Source: Octopus bimaculoides (taxonomy: Eukaryota). Taken from it: DNA of 36,604 nt. The notes below the pieces were generated by a model, which saw only the letters and a list, made by a program, of their open reading frames with translations, searched no databases and was not told the DNA's origin. Positions 34,632 through 36,604 of this stretch are shown piece after piece (within the stretch, counting starts at the first letter, position 1; each line of letters opens with the position of its first letter). The stretch is from contig NC_068991.1 in assembly GCF_001194135.2 (NCBI RefSeq), positions 47,995,865 through 48,032,468 on the forward strand, given 5' to 3'. The position numbers were made by a program, and so were the translations under genes.

Positions 34632-35232
34632 CGACCTGCTTCTAGGTAGTAGTGGTTATAATCCTTGGGGAGTAGACAATCTCACCAGGTTTAACGCTAC
34701 CACCTGACATTTTAGGTGCCACAAACCCTTACGGTTTGAGTATAACTCCCGTCCTTTCTTCCAGTAATGTAGGAGGTCCTTTAAAGTGTCATGTGCACTG
34801 ATTTCCCTCCTGACTAAAAGGTGGTTAAAATAAAAAAAGAAAAAGACGACCTTGTAAAGTGCTTGGATTTTCAGAGGCAGTTATATCAACCAAAGGTTTA
34901 CCTGGTTCTGTTGACTTCTAAATGAGACCAGTCAGGTCAAATTTCTTTTCGTTGCGTTCACTTGATGAGTTTGATTTAACCTTACAAGTTGCCCAACTAC
35001 ACTTGTTCCTACCCACTTGTACTTATTTACAATTAAGTGAAATTAAGTGTTTTACCCATGAAGCTCAGAGTACCAACGAAAGGATGCAACCAGATGTGTT
35101 ACTGATTGATTGTCTGGTCGTCTATTCACTCATTCTGCTTTTCCCTATTTCCATTCCTCCTCTTATTTTCACATAAACACATGCACACGCGTACACACAC
35201 ACGTACCCACACCCACACAATATATGTATGGA
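34632..35232 (+). repeat. About 0.6-kb unclassified dispersed repeat, copy 2
   Basis: Direct-orientation homologue of 29700-30235 with internal insertions. Confidence 0.85.
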
Positions 35233-35435
35233 TTCTTTTATTCTTTTCAGTCATTTGGCTGCGGTCGTGCTGGAGCACCGCCTTGAAGAGTTTTAGTCGA
35301 GCAAATCGACCCCAGGACTTATTCCTTAAGCCTAGTACTTATTCTATTGCTCTCTTTGCCGAACCGCTAAGTTACGTGAAAGCAAGCACACCAAGACCGG
35401 TTGTCAAGCGTTGGTGGGGGACAAACACAGACACA

Positions 35436-35484
<49 letters not shown>

Positions 35485-35664
35485 GTATATATGTATACAT
35501 ATATGCGACGGGCTTCTTTCAGTTTCCGTCTACCAAATTCACTCACAAGGTTTTGGTCGGTTCGAAGCTATAGTAAAAGACACCTGCCCGAGGTGCCATG
35601 CAGTGGGACTGAACCTGAAACCATGTGATTGGGAAGCAAACTTCTTACTACCCATCCATACCTG
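35233..35664 (-). mobile_element. Full composite tRNA-derived SINE with internal (CA)n(TA)n
   Basis: Reverse-orientation homologue of 13044-13535; tail gctggagcaccgcctt, head gcagtgggactgaacc...gaagcaaacttcttac. Confidence 0.9.
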
Positions 35665-36122
35665 ATTTGTTAATTATTCTAAACTTCAAATAAAGTATAC
35701 ACTTGTCAGGCAAATGATCTGATCTGAGACCGCGTGTTGAAACTCAAAGCACAAGTTAGCCATCCGGAAACGCACAAAAATTGTTAGCTTCATTTAAACA
35801 TTTATTATTTGGTGTCAAAATTTTCATCGTTCCAACTGCGAAATAGTCGCTAACCTAAATCCAACGCATCTTCGTAAGGGTCAACTGAAAAAGTGAAACT
35901 CAGACAGAGCGTAGGGTTGGCTGCAAATTAGATACCTGAAAGGTTGATTATTTACAGAAAACAGATATTAAAGCCGTGTAGTAAGCATGCATGAAAGGTA
36001 TGGTAACCCTGAATATTTGGAAATAAATTTAACTTACGGCAATTCATAACGTATATTTATTGTAGAGTAGCAAAACGTTAAGATAAGAAATAACATTTTT
36101 ATCTTTATTCACAAACTCTGTA

Positions 36123-36159
<37 letters not shown>

Positions 36160-36269
36160 NNNNNNNNNNNNNNATACACACACGCACACGCACACGCACA
36201 TCACATATATATATGTTTCTACATTATGTATATATACATAGATATATACATGTATATTCACAAATACAG

Positions 36270-36440
36270 ATATTCTCAGGAACGTGAAATATTCTCAGGA
36301 ACGTGAATATTCTCAGGAACGTGAAACAGCTTTTGTTATATTTCTGTTGTTTTTAAATAAAGCATATTACTCTACCTCTGGTATTTGAGTACTCTATTTT
36401 CTACCTTGTTTCACATTTATGTGCTTACTCCGGTATATAC
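36270..36440 (+). mobile_element. Interspersed repeat (possible Penelope terminal-repeat remnant) with triplicated 18-19-bp 5' unit
   Basis: (ATATTCTCAGGAACGTGA)x3 at 36270-36325, followed by cagcttttgttatatttctg...aataaagcatattactctacctctgg. The family assignment is from memory only. Confidence 0.45.
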
Positions 36441-36452
36441 ATATATGAACAC

Positions 36453-36501
<49 letters not shown>

Positions 36502-36547
36502 TGTATGTATGTATGTATGTATCTATCTATCTATCTATCTCTCTCTC

Positions 36548-36589
<42 letters not shown>

Positions 36590-36604
36590 TATATATATAT
36601 ATAT

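Noticed and set aside
29700-35232. LTR retrotransposon interpretation of the direct repeats plus internal RT
   Set aside because: The internal RT is non-LTR type with an RLE domain. I see no TG...CA ends, gag or integrase, and the repeats are too diverged.

Overview
AT-rich eukaryotic intronic/intergenic DNA with many microsatellites and eight N-gaps. Its repeat families look like coleoid cephalopod, probably Octopus; this is recognition from memory, not a database result. Most of the window is retroelement debris: tRNA-derived SINE copies or fragments from at least 4 families, at least 6 fragments of R4/Dong-clade non-LTR retrotransposons tied to (AAT)n/(GAA)n arrays, a decayed HERO-like LINE, an RTE 3' end, a near-full-length decayed mariner, a Tc1/mariner deletion derivative, a MITE-like hairpin and Penelope-like terminal repeats. 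Two features are absent from the ORF track. (1) A minus-strand exon (4628-4462) encodes a signal peptide followed by C-x3-C-x2-C, consistent with an eclosion-hormone-like neuropeptide precursor. (2) An 89-bp inverted repeat contains a type I hammerhead-ribozyme fold whose core has the compensatory G3-C8 swap (GUGAACA instead of CUGAUGA). I found no rRNA, genuine tRNA or CRISPR features. Most ORF-track entries are microsatellite or N-gap artefacts.
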